DNA of 63,727 nucleotides, counting the filler, from Sanchytrium tribonematis (Eukaryota): assembly GCA_018985235.1 (NCBI GenBank). It is 6 parts of 6 records of this genome, joined end to end, with 100 filler letters (N's around TTAATTAATTAA, not from the genome) between each part and the next. Parts side by side here need not be neighbours in the genome. Positions count along the whole stretch, not along the records: positions 19,690 to 26,122 come from JADGIG010000526.1; positions 26,223 to 32,643 come from JADGIG010000527.1; positions 32,744 to 63,727 come from JADGIG010000051.1; 3 more parts are not named here. The stretch is one strand, 5' to 3'. The translations under genes were made by a program, and so were the position numbers. Shown piece by piece: positions 23,251-34,576 of the stretch (its first letter is position 1; each line of letters opens with the position of its first letter). The notes below the pieces were generated by a model. The model was not told the origin of the DNA, searched no databases, and was given only the letters and a program-made list of their open reading frames with translations.

Positions 23251-24147
23251 TTATTCTGTTGGTCCGACTAATCTCAACATTTCAGTTGCTGTGGGTCTCT
23301 TTACTGGATTACAATGCATCATTCTAGCAGCAGCCAGCATCGCAATGTAATAATGGTGGTAAATCGACTCTTTTTTAAATCCTTCCTTCAAATGTTGAAT
23401 ATGTGACTCTTTAAAACAACTTTCAATCAGATCCTTTTGAAATCCAGATTCAAAAAGACCGTCTTTGTTTGACACTATGTCGGTTGCTAATGCAATGGAT
23501 TTACCAAGTGCAAACATATCCAATTTTTCAGAATCCATTTCGGGAATTGGCAGCTTTCTTGAATAAAAAGCTATTTTCACTTTTGGATCCCAATAATACT
23601 CCGTTCCTACAAATTTGGTGACTTCCTTGTGCATTTTTGACATGTTAAAGTCGATTAATTTGAAGATGCCATTGCAAACAACAATATTATCAAGTTTAAT
23701 GTCTAGATGATAAATGTTATTTTGATGCAAGTACTCCAATGCTTCCAACATTGAATAAATAAACTCTAAAAGAGACTCAATTGCCATTTTACCATTTATG
23801 ACGAAATCAGATAAATCTTCTTGGCAAAATTCTGTCACCAATCCAAATGATTTAATAGATTTGTCTGTTTCTTTAAAAACTGCAAATAGTTTGACAATAT
23901 TGGGATGATCCAACATTTTCATAATCTTTCCTTCATTCAAAATGCTTTTATAATAAGAATAATGCCTAGAATCATTATCTTTAAAGGAGTATTTGGGTGA
24001 GAATTCAATTCTTTTCATAAAATATACTGTATCTTCTATTTTGATTTGCCCATAGCCAGCTCTAACACCTGTTGGCATATTTCCATTCTTTGAATCTTTA
24101 TACTTTAATGTAAATGGGGGCAATACCAAATATGAGATCCATATCAT
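23251..24147 (-). CDS. Ser/Thr protein kinase, divergent, hydrophobic N-terminus
   Basis: GYGQI, MKR, LDHPNIVKL, HLDIKLDN, LIDFN, GTEYY, DMFALG; ATG at 24147 (MIWISYLVL). Confidence 0.85.
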   Translation of the reverse strand: MIWISYLVLPPFTLKYKDSKNGNMPTGVRAGYGQIKIEDTVYFMKRIEFSPKYSFKDNDSRHYSYYKSILNEGKIMKMLDHPNIVKLFAVFKETDKSIKSFGLVTEFCQEDLSDFVINGKMAIESLLEFIYSMLEALEYLHQNNIYHLDIKLDNIVVCNGIFKLIDFNMSKMHKEVTKFVGTEYYWDPKVKIAFYSRKLPIPEMDSEKLDMFALGKSIALATDIVSNKDGLFESGFQKDLIESCFKESHIQHLKEGFKKESIYHHYYIAMLAAARMMHCNPVKRPTATEMLRLVGPTE

Positions 24148-24238
24148 CAAGGGGGTTGAACAGAAAATCACTTTGATTATTTTTTGGGACAGTGATTGGT
24201 GGAAAAACAAATAAATTAATTTGGATTCCCAGGTTGTC

Positions 24239-25120
24239 ATGGTGAACCAAACAATTGAAATTGCCAGTAATCAATCAGAAACAATCAGATCACTTAATTT
24301 GCGTACAAATCATACCATTTCAGAATCCCCATTTGGCACATTATTCAGATCTACTATTTATTTGGCAAATAGTATCTACAATAATCAAATATTTGCAGTC
24401 AAGAAATTCAAAATCGTATCACCTGAACCACAACGCAGTCAAATTATACAAACATGTGAAAATGAAATTAATATTTGGGCAAATTTGCAACATCCCAATC
24501 TTGTGAGGTATTTTGAGAGTGACTGGGTCAATGAGTACATTCTAGTTGCTATGGAATATGTATCTGGATATGAGGGACAGATATCTTTAAAAGATTTATT
24601 AAGAAATCGTGCAAATATTCAAGAAACGTTGATTCAAGATATTACAAAACAAATCTTGTCTGCTTTGTCTTATCTACATGAAAGAGATGTCCATTTACTC
24701 AATTTAAATGCAAGTCATGTATTGTTAAATGGAAATCAAGTGAAACTAATTGGATTTAGTTATAAAAAAATTGGATATTTACAAGAAAATATATTTCATT
24801 CCGTTCAATTATTTAGATCCGAGTACAATTTGGCACCAGAAGTAGCTCAATATGCAATATTCACTAGTAAGGCAGATATATGGTCACTCGGATGTATTAT
24901 TATTCAAATGCTCAAGGGAGAATCACGTCGTACTTCTGAAATCTTATTAGGAAGTCGATTTTATAATTTTAATGAGCATGATTATACGCCTAAATATCCT
25001 GATAAACTATATCCAGAAATCAAAAGTTTACTTGATAAATGTTTGGTGGTTAATTATGAGCAAAGAAGCCCAGCCTCAGAATTATTGGAACATTCTTATT
25101 TGCAACGACAAGACAGATAA
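24239..25120 (+). CDS. STE/MAP3K-like pseudokinase
   Basis: FAVKK, LQHPNLVRY, APE and DIWSLGC retained, but the catalytic loop reads HLLNLNASH (no Asp) and DFG reads IGF. Confidence 0.8.
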   Translation: MVNQTIEIASNQSETIRSLNLRTNHTISESPFGTLFRSTIYLANSIYNNQIFAVKKFKIVSPEPQRSQIIQTCENEINIWANLQHPNLVRYFESDWVNEYILVAMEYVSGYEGQISLKDLLRNRANIQETLIQDITKQILSALSYLHERDVHLLNLNASHVLLNGNQVKLIGFSYKKIGYLQENIFHSVQLFRSEYNLAPEVAQYAIFTSKADIWSLGCIIIQMLKGESRRTSEILLGSRFYNFNEHDYTPKYPDKLYPEIKSLLDKCLVVNYEQRSPASELLEHSYLQRQDR

Positions 25121-25121
25121 T

Positions 25122-26122
25122 TTATTCAATTCCAATTTTAGAGTCTGATTTATGTTTTGGACTTAATTTATGTGCATTTGCTGCTTGTTTGAAATCATTT
25201 ACAAATTCTTCAAATTTACTCAAACTGACATAATGATTGTGATGGCATAATCCTGTTAAAAAGTTATTCTTATGCTCTAATGGCAAACTAAAGTAGTGAT
25301 GTGTCAAGGTGTTTTTTGTTTTTTGAGCATATTTGTAATTTCTGATGCGTTTTGAAATTAATAAATCATTTGCGATTTCATCAAAATTGGAGGTATCTAT
25401 TTGCCATTGTCTAAAGAAATTCAGCAAATTATTTCTCCAATACAATTCTAATTGAACGCCCTTGCCAGACAACTCGGCATAAATTTCATTCAACCACTGA
25501 TTAAATTTCAAGGGATCGATAAATGGATGTAGACCCAACAAATCATTTTTAAAGATAATTCTTTCAGGTTCTGTCAGTGTGGTGTATTTCCACAAAATAG
25601 CTCGTTTGGTGTTATCTGAGAGCTGTGAGAAACTTAAAATCAAGGATTCTTGAAAATCTTTTTTCATTTGAGATTGTTCTTGGCTAATAATCTTCCATTT
25701 AATACAAAATTGTGCAATCTTTTCATCAGGATTATAATTTGGAATAATACTTACTGCATAGAACTCACCAGTTGGCACAAATGCGGGACATAATTCTCTT
25801 AGAAACCTAATTTTGCGATTTGTATCCAGTCTAATATACTTTTGCTTTAAAATATGCATTGCTATATCATTCAAAACGAATCTGTTATCAAGCTCAATCA
25901 TTTCTTTATAAATTAAATCGATATCCAATTCTTCAAATTGCCATTTTTCACAAAATTGTTGGAATCTGTCCTTGAAATACAATTTATGCTCTACATTCTT
26001 CCAATATGCAAATGTTTTTTTGGTGATAAATTTGATGATATCTTTTTCAAATTGGTTTCTCTTTAAATCTGGTAATCTCAAGTATTTTTCAATTAAGAAT
26101 GACTTACAAATGGAAATTGAAG
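25122..26122 (-). CDS. Hypothetical protein with internal helical repeats (partial, open to contig end)
   Basis: Three units of FxxW...KY/HY..L....F...L; frame open up to the linker. Confidence 0.65.
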
Positions 26123-26222
26123 NNNNNNNNNNNNNNNNNNNNNNNNNNNNNNNNNNNNNNNNNNNNTTAATTAATTAANNNNNNNNNNNNNNNNNNNNNN
26201 NNNNNNNNNNNNNNNNNNNNNN
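26123..26222. other. Artificial contig linker
   Basis: N44-TTAATTAATTAA-N44. Confidence 0.98.
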
Positions 26223-26809
26223 TGAAGTTTTGTATGGTTACATCACTTTCATGACGAACCTGTATTGTCACATTAGAATAATCAGTACGTATATGCCATT
26301 GACTGTATCCACTGAAACATTCAAAGGCTGAAACGGCTTTCTCATCTCCACTAATTTCTATGCAGTCTTTTTCAAAGGGCCGAGGGTCACATCTATATCT
26401 GTAAAAATCTGTACTGTTTGTATCAGATTCTTTCTGAGAGCAATTGTAGGATCTTTGATATAAAAAATTACCATCAGCATAGATAGAAATAGTGTTATTT
26501 ATCAACTTGCTTGATGGAATAGATGTTGAAAAACATGTAATTAGGCACCTTGCATTTTAATAAAACACCATACTCGATTGATGATTTAAAGGCGACTTTC
26601 TCTGTTTTATTTCCGCTTATAAATCCAGTAATTTCTGTTCCAGAAAACCAGGATGGTGTAGCAGGCGTAGTCTTTACACATTCATATGGCGTTGTCACGA
26701 TGTATACGACTACAAATATTATAACACCCAGAACTCCAGTAACACCAAGCGCGATTTTAATCCATGATCACTTGGCAGCATTTGCTTTCTCGACAGCTGG
26801 TTGCGTCAT
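26223..26809 (-). pseudogene. Disrupted paralog of 27103..27774
   Basis: MTQPAVEKANAAK then TGA at 26770-26768 (AGA in the intact copy), plus an extra base in the A run near 26530 shifting the frame. Confidence 0.8.
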
Positions 26810-26829
26810 TATATGTGGCTTGGTCTCGT

Positions 26830-27040
26830 GAGTAAAACAGAATCAAATCAAATTGCGGCCAATTGTCTCCTGAAGAAATCGAATCAGTGAACAATGATGC
26901 ATCATGTTCAATTGCTTTGTCTTCGATGGTGTTGTGCTCATTTAGTTTTATCAAATCTTTTGTTTCGTCACTATTTGCTAAAGCAGTTTTTCCTATTAAA
27001 TCTGCAAAGTACATATCCAGGCCCATCAAATGCAACATAG
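26830..27040 (-). pseudogene. Heme-thiolate peroxidase (chloroperoxidase/UPO family) fragment
   Basis: LNEHNTIE..IEHDASL...GDN motif; the PCP heme ligand and C-terminus are absent. Confidence 0.6.
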
Positions 27041-27102
27041 CTTCTTTTAGCTGCTGGACTGCTGGAGTGGAATTCTTTCCTTTTGTTTCAAAAATTTATT
27101 GT

Positions 27103-27774
27103 CTAAATTTCCAAAACTGCTGCGATCAATAAAAGAATCATGGAAATGCTCAACTGGCTTAAATCACCAGCATTCTGGGATATGAAGTTTTGTATGGTTA
27201 CATCACTTTTATGGCGAACCTGAATTGTAGCGTTATTACGAGCAGTATAATTGTCAACTGGAGTATGCCATTGATAGTATCCACCGAAACATTCAAAAGC
27301 TGAAATGGGTTTGTCGTCTCCACTGATCTCTATGCAGTCTTTTTCAAAAGGTTCAGGATCACATCTACTAGTAAACGTATTTGTAGTATTGACTGCATTC
27401 TCGGAGCAATTGTAAGATCTTTGAAATAAAAACTTACCATCAGCATAGATAGAGATAGTGTTATTTTTCAACTTGTCTGGTTGAATAGATGTTGAAAACA
27501 CGTAATTAGGAACTTTACATCTCAATAAAGTACCATATTCAATCGATGAATGAAATACTATTTTTTCCGTTTGATTTTCTCCTATAAATCCAATTATTTC
27601 AGTTCCAGGGAACCAAGATGGTGTAGCAGGCGTATCCTTGACACATTCATATTGTGAAGTCGCGATATATACGACTACAAATATTATAACTCCTAGAACT
27701 CCAGTAACTCCAAGCGAGATTTTAATCCATGATCTCTTGGCAGCCTTTGCTTTCTCGACAGCTGGTTGCGTCAT
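27103..27774 (-). CDS. Cys-containing surface protein with N-terminal TM and hydrophobic C-terminus
   Basis: TM ISLGVTGVLGVIIFVVVYIA, six Cys, several NxS/T sites, C-terminal SISMILLLIAAVLEI. Confidence 0.8.
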   Translation of the reverse strand: MTQPAVEKAKAAKRSWIKISLGVTGVLGVIIFVVVYIATSQYECVKDTPATPSWFPGTEIIGFIGENQTEKIVFHSSIEYGTLLRCKVPNYVFSTSIQPDKLKNNTISIYADGKFLFQRSYNCSENAVNTTNTFTSRCDPEPFEKDCIEISGDDKPISAFECFGGYYQWHTPVDNYTARNNATIQVRHKSDVTIQNFISQNAGDLSQLSISMILLLIAAVLEI

Positions 27775-27861
27775 TTTGTGTGGCTTAATCTTGCGAGTAA
27801 ATTGTTTAAATTAACATAATCAATTCGGAGCCAATCAACCTGCTTTGGCAATCAAATTGTT

Positions 27862-30800
27862 TTAAATTTCAGCTTGTCTATCTTTGCTAATGGTATGTAT
27901 ATCCATTAATTTGATACTTGAAATTAATTCTTTCATTATTGTTTTTAAATTTCCATTGTCAATATCTACAGTAGTGGCAATATTTTGACCAGTGGTATTT
28001 GTCAATGCAACAAATTCAATAAATCTTGTTTTAATGTAAGCAATTTTTAAAATATGGGTAAATTCAATCCCATCATCCTCAGAAACTCTACAAAGGGGAC
28101 CAACCACATCAATTGCAATTACTTTGGAATGAATTGATGTCCATATCAATTGTGATTTTGTGCAATTTGCCGCAGTTTGACAAATGTAGCATTTCTTGAT
28201 AAATTCATTAATATCTAGTTGTAAACCCATACAATAAATGTGGTACTTTAATGAGTTGTAAGAATATATTTTTCGCTCAATTAAGTCAAATGAAAAAAGA
28301 AGTCAAAAAAATGTATCGATTGGGCACAGTAAGTGATGTGGACCCATTGAAGATATTATTCTTGAAAAATTTAAATTTCTAATATTTTTAAATCAATTAT
28401 TAGTTACGATGGAATTTATAAATGGATTAAAAAACATTAATGATGGAACTTTTAAAACGTCAAGAAATTGATATGATGGGATATTAAAAAAATTATCTCG
28501 AACCTAAAGCAGCAACTCAATTAGTTGAAAACGATGATTAATATTTGATCAAATCAGTAGCAAAGCATATTAAAAAAAAATCTCGTACCTAAAGCAGCAA
28601 CACAATTAGTTGAAAACGATGATTAGAAGCAAAGCATATTTATAAAGTTGAAAGCAAATTTTGTCTATGTGCCAGTGGTAAGATTGTATTTGCAAATGAA
28701 ATTGCAATTTAAATAGATGTGGGAACCATAGAAACATTAGCAACCACCAGAGCAAATTGAATGTCAATTTTTTCTGGTTTTAGTGAGAAACTAAATGTTA
28801 AAGTTAGGACCTTCAAAGGTTTATAGCAAGAATTAAAAATTTGATTTTGGAATTTAATGATTGGACCAAATTCGTAAGAAAAACACATATATGCCATTAT
28901 TCGACGTGATCGTTGTACCTCACCTCTAAAGTAAGACTGTTTTGAATATCATCATACTTTCGTTACACGAACTGCTGACCTGCACTACATTTGTTTAACT
29001 CGAAATAAGCTTCATCTCCAAAGAAAAAATTTGTCCCAAAGTGAATTGTTACACACATCTTTGACAAAGAATGGCCAATATACTTACCATATTTAGTTAG
29101 TGCCTTCTCATTGGCATACATTTCCTTCTACATCATGCTGTAATTCATTTCTGACTCATCCAATGCCTTGGAAAATAGTCCAATTAATCGAACATTCTGA
29201 TACAATGTACATCCAATGGCACATGCTGATGCATCCGTATACAAGTCATACTCTCCCATCTCAAAATATTCCAATTTTGTCGATTCTAATAATTCAATTT
29301 GTAGGCATCTTCTGCTGCTTCTGTCCATTCAAATGGCTTCAATGCACATGTCTGACGTATTGGATGGATCACATCTTCAGAATTCAAAATAAATGGGCGT
29401 ACCCAGGACAGCATTCCCAATAATCTTTGACACTCTCTTTTATCAATAGGACTCTTTACTCCTTTTAATTTGATTAAATAACCTAGTTTACACGTATACC
29501 CAGTACAGTCTACTTTAAATCCACAAAATTCAATGCTGGATTGTAATAGTTTGGATTTCTTCCATTTGATATTGAAATTCTTCCATGTTGCAATTTCAAT
29601 GAATTTCTTCACTCTTTGATAAAGTTCTTCAATATTTGTGTCTTTGAGAACCACAGCATCCACAAAAACAGCCTTGTTTTCCATGTCAAATGCATTTGTC
29701 AACTCATATTGGAAAATACCGACACTTTGCTTTAGACCTTGGCCCAAAACAAGCATCAAATATTGACCAAATGGAGTTACTACAGAGGTCAATTTGCCAG
29801 TCTCTGCGCATACTGGAATGTTATAATACCCATCCTTTAAGTCAAATATGGATAAATACCAAAAACCTGCAAATGCTTGTAATTGATCCAGTAACAATGG
29901 TAATAGTTATCCAACATGCACTGTGTATTGGTTCAATCTTCTATAGTCAGTGACACTCCTCCAATCACCATTTCCTTGGGGAACAAATGTCATAATTACC
30001 CCTTCTAACAAAATATTTTGCTTCCATTTCTACTATTTTATCATGAAATATGTCAATATTTGGGGATTTGTGGAATCTCTGTCTCAATTTGGAACTATCT
30101 ACCCGAGGCATAAATTTAATACTCACGGGATTAATATCAGCAGGGCGTGAATAATCATGAACCAACTTCAAGAAATCATTATGGGATCTGTTCTGCACAG
30201 TTTCAATGTTCCATACCAACTTGCAACCCAGCTTTTACTCTAAAATATTCCTCCCAATTATCGGAAGAGACAAATACTCCGAATCCAGCACTAAAAATGG
30301 CTGATCGGATATCAAGACATTGCCAAACTGCACATCCACAGCAGCGTTACCCAGACATGATATAGGTGACCCTCCACCAACCACTTAAGCTGCAGTCTCT
30401 TTCACATCCAATTTTAATAAATCTATCATTTCTCGAGCAAGCGCAGAAGAACCAGCACCAGTGTCAAACAAAACATCACAATCCATTTTATTGAGTTTAA
30501 TCTCGTGGCTGCGTGTGACATTGACCTCATTAATGACACCCAAATTGTTAATCTTCTTTGGTGCTTTTTCCTTTTCTCTCTATCTTTCCTTCTCTCTCTC
30601 TTTCCTTTTACTCCTTGCATTTCTGAAAACTGTGTTGGTGTGTCTTCTCACAATATGGACATCTGCTTGTACTGAATCTTTGTTCACGATATTCACGATT
30701 TGACTTCTCAAATCTCTCAGATGCCATCACAGCGTCTTTCAACTCTCTAAAATCTTTGTAATGGTTCCCAATGACATACTTCTTGGTAGAATAAAGTAGA

Positions 30801-31220
30801 CCATCTACTGTGTGATCTAAAATATCCTTCACACTTAAATTTAGGCTTTTACCGCAAGATTTCATTTTTTAGGTTAACACATCCTCAGAATTCTCTTGCT
30901 TCAAATTGTAAAACTGCTTTAGAGACAGTTTAAAATTGTAATTCTCCTTCAACACAGCCTTTAAAGACTCATAACTCATAACTAATTGGTTTAGCTGCCT
31001 CTGTAATCACTTCTAGTCTCAAATCTGCTGGTAGATACTACAATAAAGCAGTTATTTTTGCTTTTTCTTCTATATCTTCGAACAAATCAAACACACTTGA
31101 TAAACCTGATTCCCAGATTGCAAAATCCATTCTCTCAGGATCAAAAGCAGAATATGGAAATCTTTCCGAAATAGTATTCGGTGGATAATTCATCCCAAAA
31201 TATTCAAAGTTACCAATCAT
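27862..31220 (-). mobile_element. Degenerate Ty3/gypsy LTR retrotransposon (gag-PR-RT-RNH-INT)
   Basis: Fragments in gypsy order: gag knuckle CPYCEKTHQHSFQKC, protease VLFDTGA (~30460), RT DLKDGYY..TPFGQY..FVDA, RNase H LYTDAS, integrase CYICQ..IAIDVVGPL; many stops and frameshifts. Confidence 0.9.
28482..28640. repeat. Imperfect direct repeat, ~58-nt core
   Basis: attaaaaaa..tctcg(a/t)acctaaagcagcaac(t/a)caattagttgaaaacgatgatta occurs at ~28482 and ~28568, each followed by agcaaagcatatt. Confidence 0.8.
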
Positions 31221-32643
31221 TTATTTATCTTCATTCTTCTCGCTTTCCAGCTGCACGTGGATCGTCCAATAGAATCAAGTCATTTGACCAGTCACCAGAT
31301 CCACTCTCTTGTCTCATTCTGAGATGATGGACGTGTTGAATCGCATCATCCAATATCTCAATACCACAGAAACAATTTAATTTAATTGTAAAAACAAATA
31401 ATTAATTAATTTATTATTTTCTTGACATTTTAAAAATATGAAGTTGAACTAACCATCTAATATATTCACTGAAGCCCCTTTGGGAAGTTGAGCTGATAAC
31501 AACTTTATAAATGAAAAATGCTTTGGAACACTCATCTTTGAGAATCAGTATAACACAGTAATGGAAGTAATTGTACCCAAAAGGTTTTGAGACTCGTGGA
31601 ATGGACCTACACAACCATTTACAGAACCAGTAGAGAAATGAAGGTAGTTCTGATGGTTCTGGAATGTGTTCAAAGATGTGATCCAATATCTCCACGGAGA
31701 AGCAGAATATAGTTAATTTTTTCAAATTTGAGTTCCAATTGAATTTACTACGGCTGTTGATATCAATTGATTCTTTAACCAAAAAGGCAACTACAATCAG
31801 ACCCTCCAATTTCGAACTAACTACCGAATTCTAGCACATTGTATATTTGACACGTCGATGTAAAATAATGGAAAAAATTCAGATGAATTAGACTGATAAG
31901 TGTTCCGGAATAACCTGAAGTAGCTCTTATGTAGTCCGAAGAATATGCGAGACACCAGACGAGTTGAATGGTGAGCTCGACAACCACCCAATGGGAGAAG
32001 AGGCAGGGAACTATAAGAAGAACCGTTCACCAGAGAAAAATCATGATCAATGAACAAAATAAACAGTCTAAGCTACTTATCTTTTACGAGGAGTTATAAT
32101 CTCACTCAATAAGCCCTTAAGACAAGCCATGTCGCAGTTTTAAGAGCGGCAAGCAAGGTTGGAGACAGAAAAGGTTACTGTTATGGTCACATTACGAGAT
32201 ATAATACAGACACGCCTGTACTGCCGGGTTTGGTAATACTGATTTCTTTATCCAGCTCTAAGACTTCGAACAAACGAACCAGTTGAACGGAAAGGTGTAT
32301 ATAGACGTAGCCGAGTTGGCTACCGTAGATTTACAACAGTTGATGAAGCGTCAGAACAGAGTTCGCTTTTTTAATAAATTGAGAGTAGGCTTTGATCTGG
32401 TTGGTGATTTGACTTGTCATTGTTTGACTCGAGTCTACAAAATGTGTGTGATTTTAATTATGGTTAAACTCTCGTTGTTATCTTCAACGAGTTTGTACAC
32501 GTTTAAGGAGAAGTTTTTCTTATCAATTTATTTGTAACTGAAGAAGGTTATTGGACAAAATTTATTTGTTTCCAATCTGAGTTATTTATTTGGTATTCTT
32601 TTATTTTTAGTACACGCGTTGTTTCAACAGAAATTTATAAAAG

Positions 32644-32743
32644 NNNNNNNNNNNNNNNNNNNNNNNNNNNNNNNNNNNNNNNNNNNNTTAATTAATTAAN
32701 NNNNNNNNNNNNNNNNNNNNNNNNNNNNNNNNNNNNNNNNNNN
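32644..32743. other. Artificial contig linker
   Basis: N44-TTAATTAATTAA-N44. Confidence 0.98.
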
Positions 32744-33062
32744 CGCTTCGTCGTTTAATTTCCAACTTTGCAAACCGCTTCTCGATTGATTTCGTACTTC
32801 TGAATATATTCGGTCTAACCATAGAGTAGGATGCGACTAATGTGACAATAAATGGGAGCTTAAGTTGATTGTACTTCGAGGCTAAAAAGAAAAAAGGCCA
32901 AGGAAACAAAATTCTCTGCAATTCAGGCACAATACTGTTTCTAAGTTGAAGTCTGTATAGCTTCGCAGCACTTGATTTTGTCTCTTGTCCCAATTTGATG
33001 TAGAGCCCGCCAGCTGACATGAGTCCTCTCATTTTAAGAAAAATGCTGGAAGCTCGCTCCAT
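32744..33062 (-). CDS. Hypothetical protein N-terminus (partial)
   Basis: ATG 22 nt downstream of the ALG6 stop, open to contig end; GGLYIKLGQ recalls ABC1/UbiB kinases but is unsupported otherwise. Confidence 0.35.
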
Positions 33063-33083
33063 ATGTCAACTCCTCAAAATTTA

Positions 33084-34535
33084 TTAAACAGTCTTTCTAT
33101 CTCTATTTGCTTTCAATAACAAAACCAGAGTCGCAAGGCAAATAGTGTTTCCCAAAAAACAAAATGAGTAGATCAGGAGATTGAAAATAAAAGGATATTT
33201 TGCGACAGTAAAAATAGGAAAAGCTTGAAGGATGGCAAACAAAGTGTAAAGATATGGACTGTACACGACATCTATCAAGACCCTGAATCTAATATCTAGT
33301 AATTTAGGTTTGTAAATTACGTAAAATATACAATGCAAGAGTAAAAAGTAATACTTAGAATCATCTAAAACTACAAGCGGAAATATGTTGAACGAAGAAA
33401 CAAAGAGCCACTTATACAAGATGTATTGACTGCTATCTAATCTCATATGCATGAAATTGGCAAAGTATATTATAATAGTGAAAATTGGTAGCATTATTGT
33501 TTTCTCGTGTATGTGATAGCCAAACATGAACCCAATAAAACTAGTAATTGAGCATCCTAATAGTACCTGTTGATTAATAAGTGTTGGATTTTTTAGTTTT
33601 AAGATATTTCTACTCATTTGAAATGAAACTGGGATTGTTAAGAGCAAACACAAAGCAGTACATAATTTCGCTAAAAATTCTTCACTAAATCGACGTCTCC
33701 ATTTAAAAACAACATCGGATATGCACCAAAAATTGCCAAGTTTGTCTTCGTATAATCCCCGATGCACTGGAAAGATACGTTTTACAATTCCTTGTGACTG
33801 TATTCTTAATCCTTCAAGTTTGTCGTCGTAATTGACGATAAAAGGTAAGGTGCACAACATTAATCCGATCAAAGTGGCGCCAGCAAGTGAAATAAGAACT
33901 GTAGACTTCTTTAAGAGACCGTTTTGCTTTAATATTATACAAACATAAGACATTCCTATTGCCGGAGCATATACCAATGCCATTTGTTTGCTCGCAATAC
34001 AAAAAATAAAACTAATAGTACCAATAACATGATTCAGTATACCGTTTTTAGACACACAATATATGCTTAAAATTAAAAAAAGAAACATTAAATTGTTTGG
34101 TTGATAATGTATATAATCAATCAAAAGTAAAATTGGATGACATAAGATAATGACATAATCACTGGACCTAGCGTGGCTAAATCTTCTATTTTTTTTAATT
34201 ATATAAAGCAAAAATAAATCTATCAAAAAAATAAATAGCCTCATTTTAACAACTAACATCTCGTCTTCAGTTCCATGAGCCTCATATGTCTTTGGTAGGG
34301 TTTTTCCATACAAATAGTGTGTGTAGGCGGTCATAGGAGGATAGTCAAGAACCCATTGTGTTGCGGTTTGATTTTGATATATATGATCTTCTGCATGGAA
34401 ATACCATTGCTCAATCGGTAATGCATTGGTCATGTACATCCAATGCCTATGAGCTTGAAAGTCTCCAAACCTTGGAGGATCTTGATACCCAGAATGCGGT
34501 GCGTTAAATGTTAGAAGTCTCAAAAGTAGCTCCAT
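33084..34535 (-). CDS. ALG6: Dol-P-Glc alpha-1,3-glucosyltransferase Alg6
   Basis: PPRFGDFQAHRHWM, WVLDYPP, IDYIHYQ, KQMAL, RIFPVHRGLYEDK, HIHEKTI. Confidence 0.93.
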   Translation of the reverse strand: MELLLRLLTFNAPHSGYQDPPRFGDFQAHRHWMYMTNALPIEQWYFHAEDHIYQNQTATQWVLDYPPMTAYTHYLYGKTLPKTYEAHGTEDEMLVVKMRLFIFLIDLFLLYIIKKNRRFSHARSSDYVIILCHPILLLIDYIHYQPNNLMFLFLILSIYCVSKNGILNHVIGTISFIFCIASKQMALVYAPAIGMSYVCIILKQNGLLKKSTVLISLAGATLIGLMLCTLPFIVNYDDKLEGLRIQSQGIVKRIFPVHRGLYEDKLGNFWCISDVVFKWRRRFSEEFLAKLCTALCLLLTIPVSFQMSRNILKLKNPTLINQQVLLGCSITSFIGFMFGYHIHEKTIMLPIFTIIIYFANFMHMRLDSSQYILYKWLFVSSFNIFPLVVLDDSKYYFLLLHCIFYVIYKPKLLDIRFRVLIDVVYSPYLYTLFAILQAFPIFTVAKYPFIFNLLIYSFCFLGNTICLATLVLLLKANRDRKTV

Positions 34536-34576
34536 GTTCCAACTTTCAAGACTGAAAATTATTTATTAAATTGCTT

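Noticed and set aside
26077..26107. Minus-strand GTAAGT donor near the contig end
   Set aside because: The reading frame is already open through it and there is no acceptor at 19-20 nt.
19907..28640. Short repeats as a CRISPR array
   Set aside because: No unique spacers, no cas genes, eukaryotic context.
31340..32643. 5' LTR/PBS of the gypsy element and short ORFs 31414, 31821, 32283
   Set aside because: TGGTATTGAG is only a partial PBS match, no second LTR copy or TG..CA boundary is visible, and the ORFs have no recognisable motifs.
6490..32743. TTAATTAATTAA flanked by N runs at ~6.5-kb spacing as a biological periodic element
   Set aside because: Identical 100-nt synthetic linkers; the enclosed contigs (6458, 6442, 6433, 6421 nt) are simply size-ordered. 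ORFs crossing them are artefacts.
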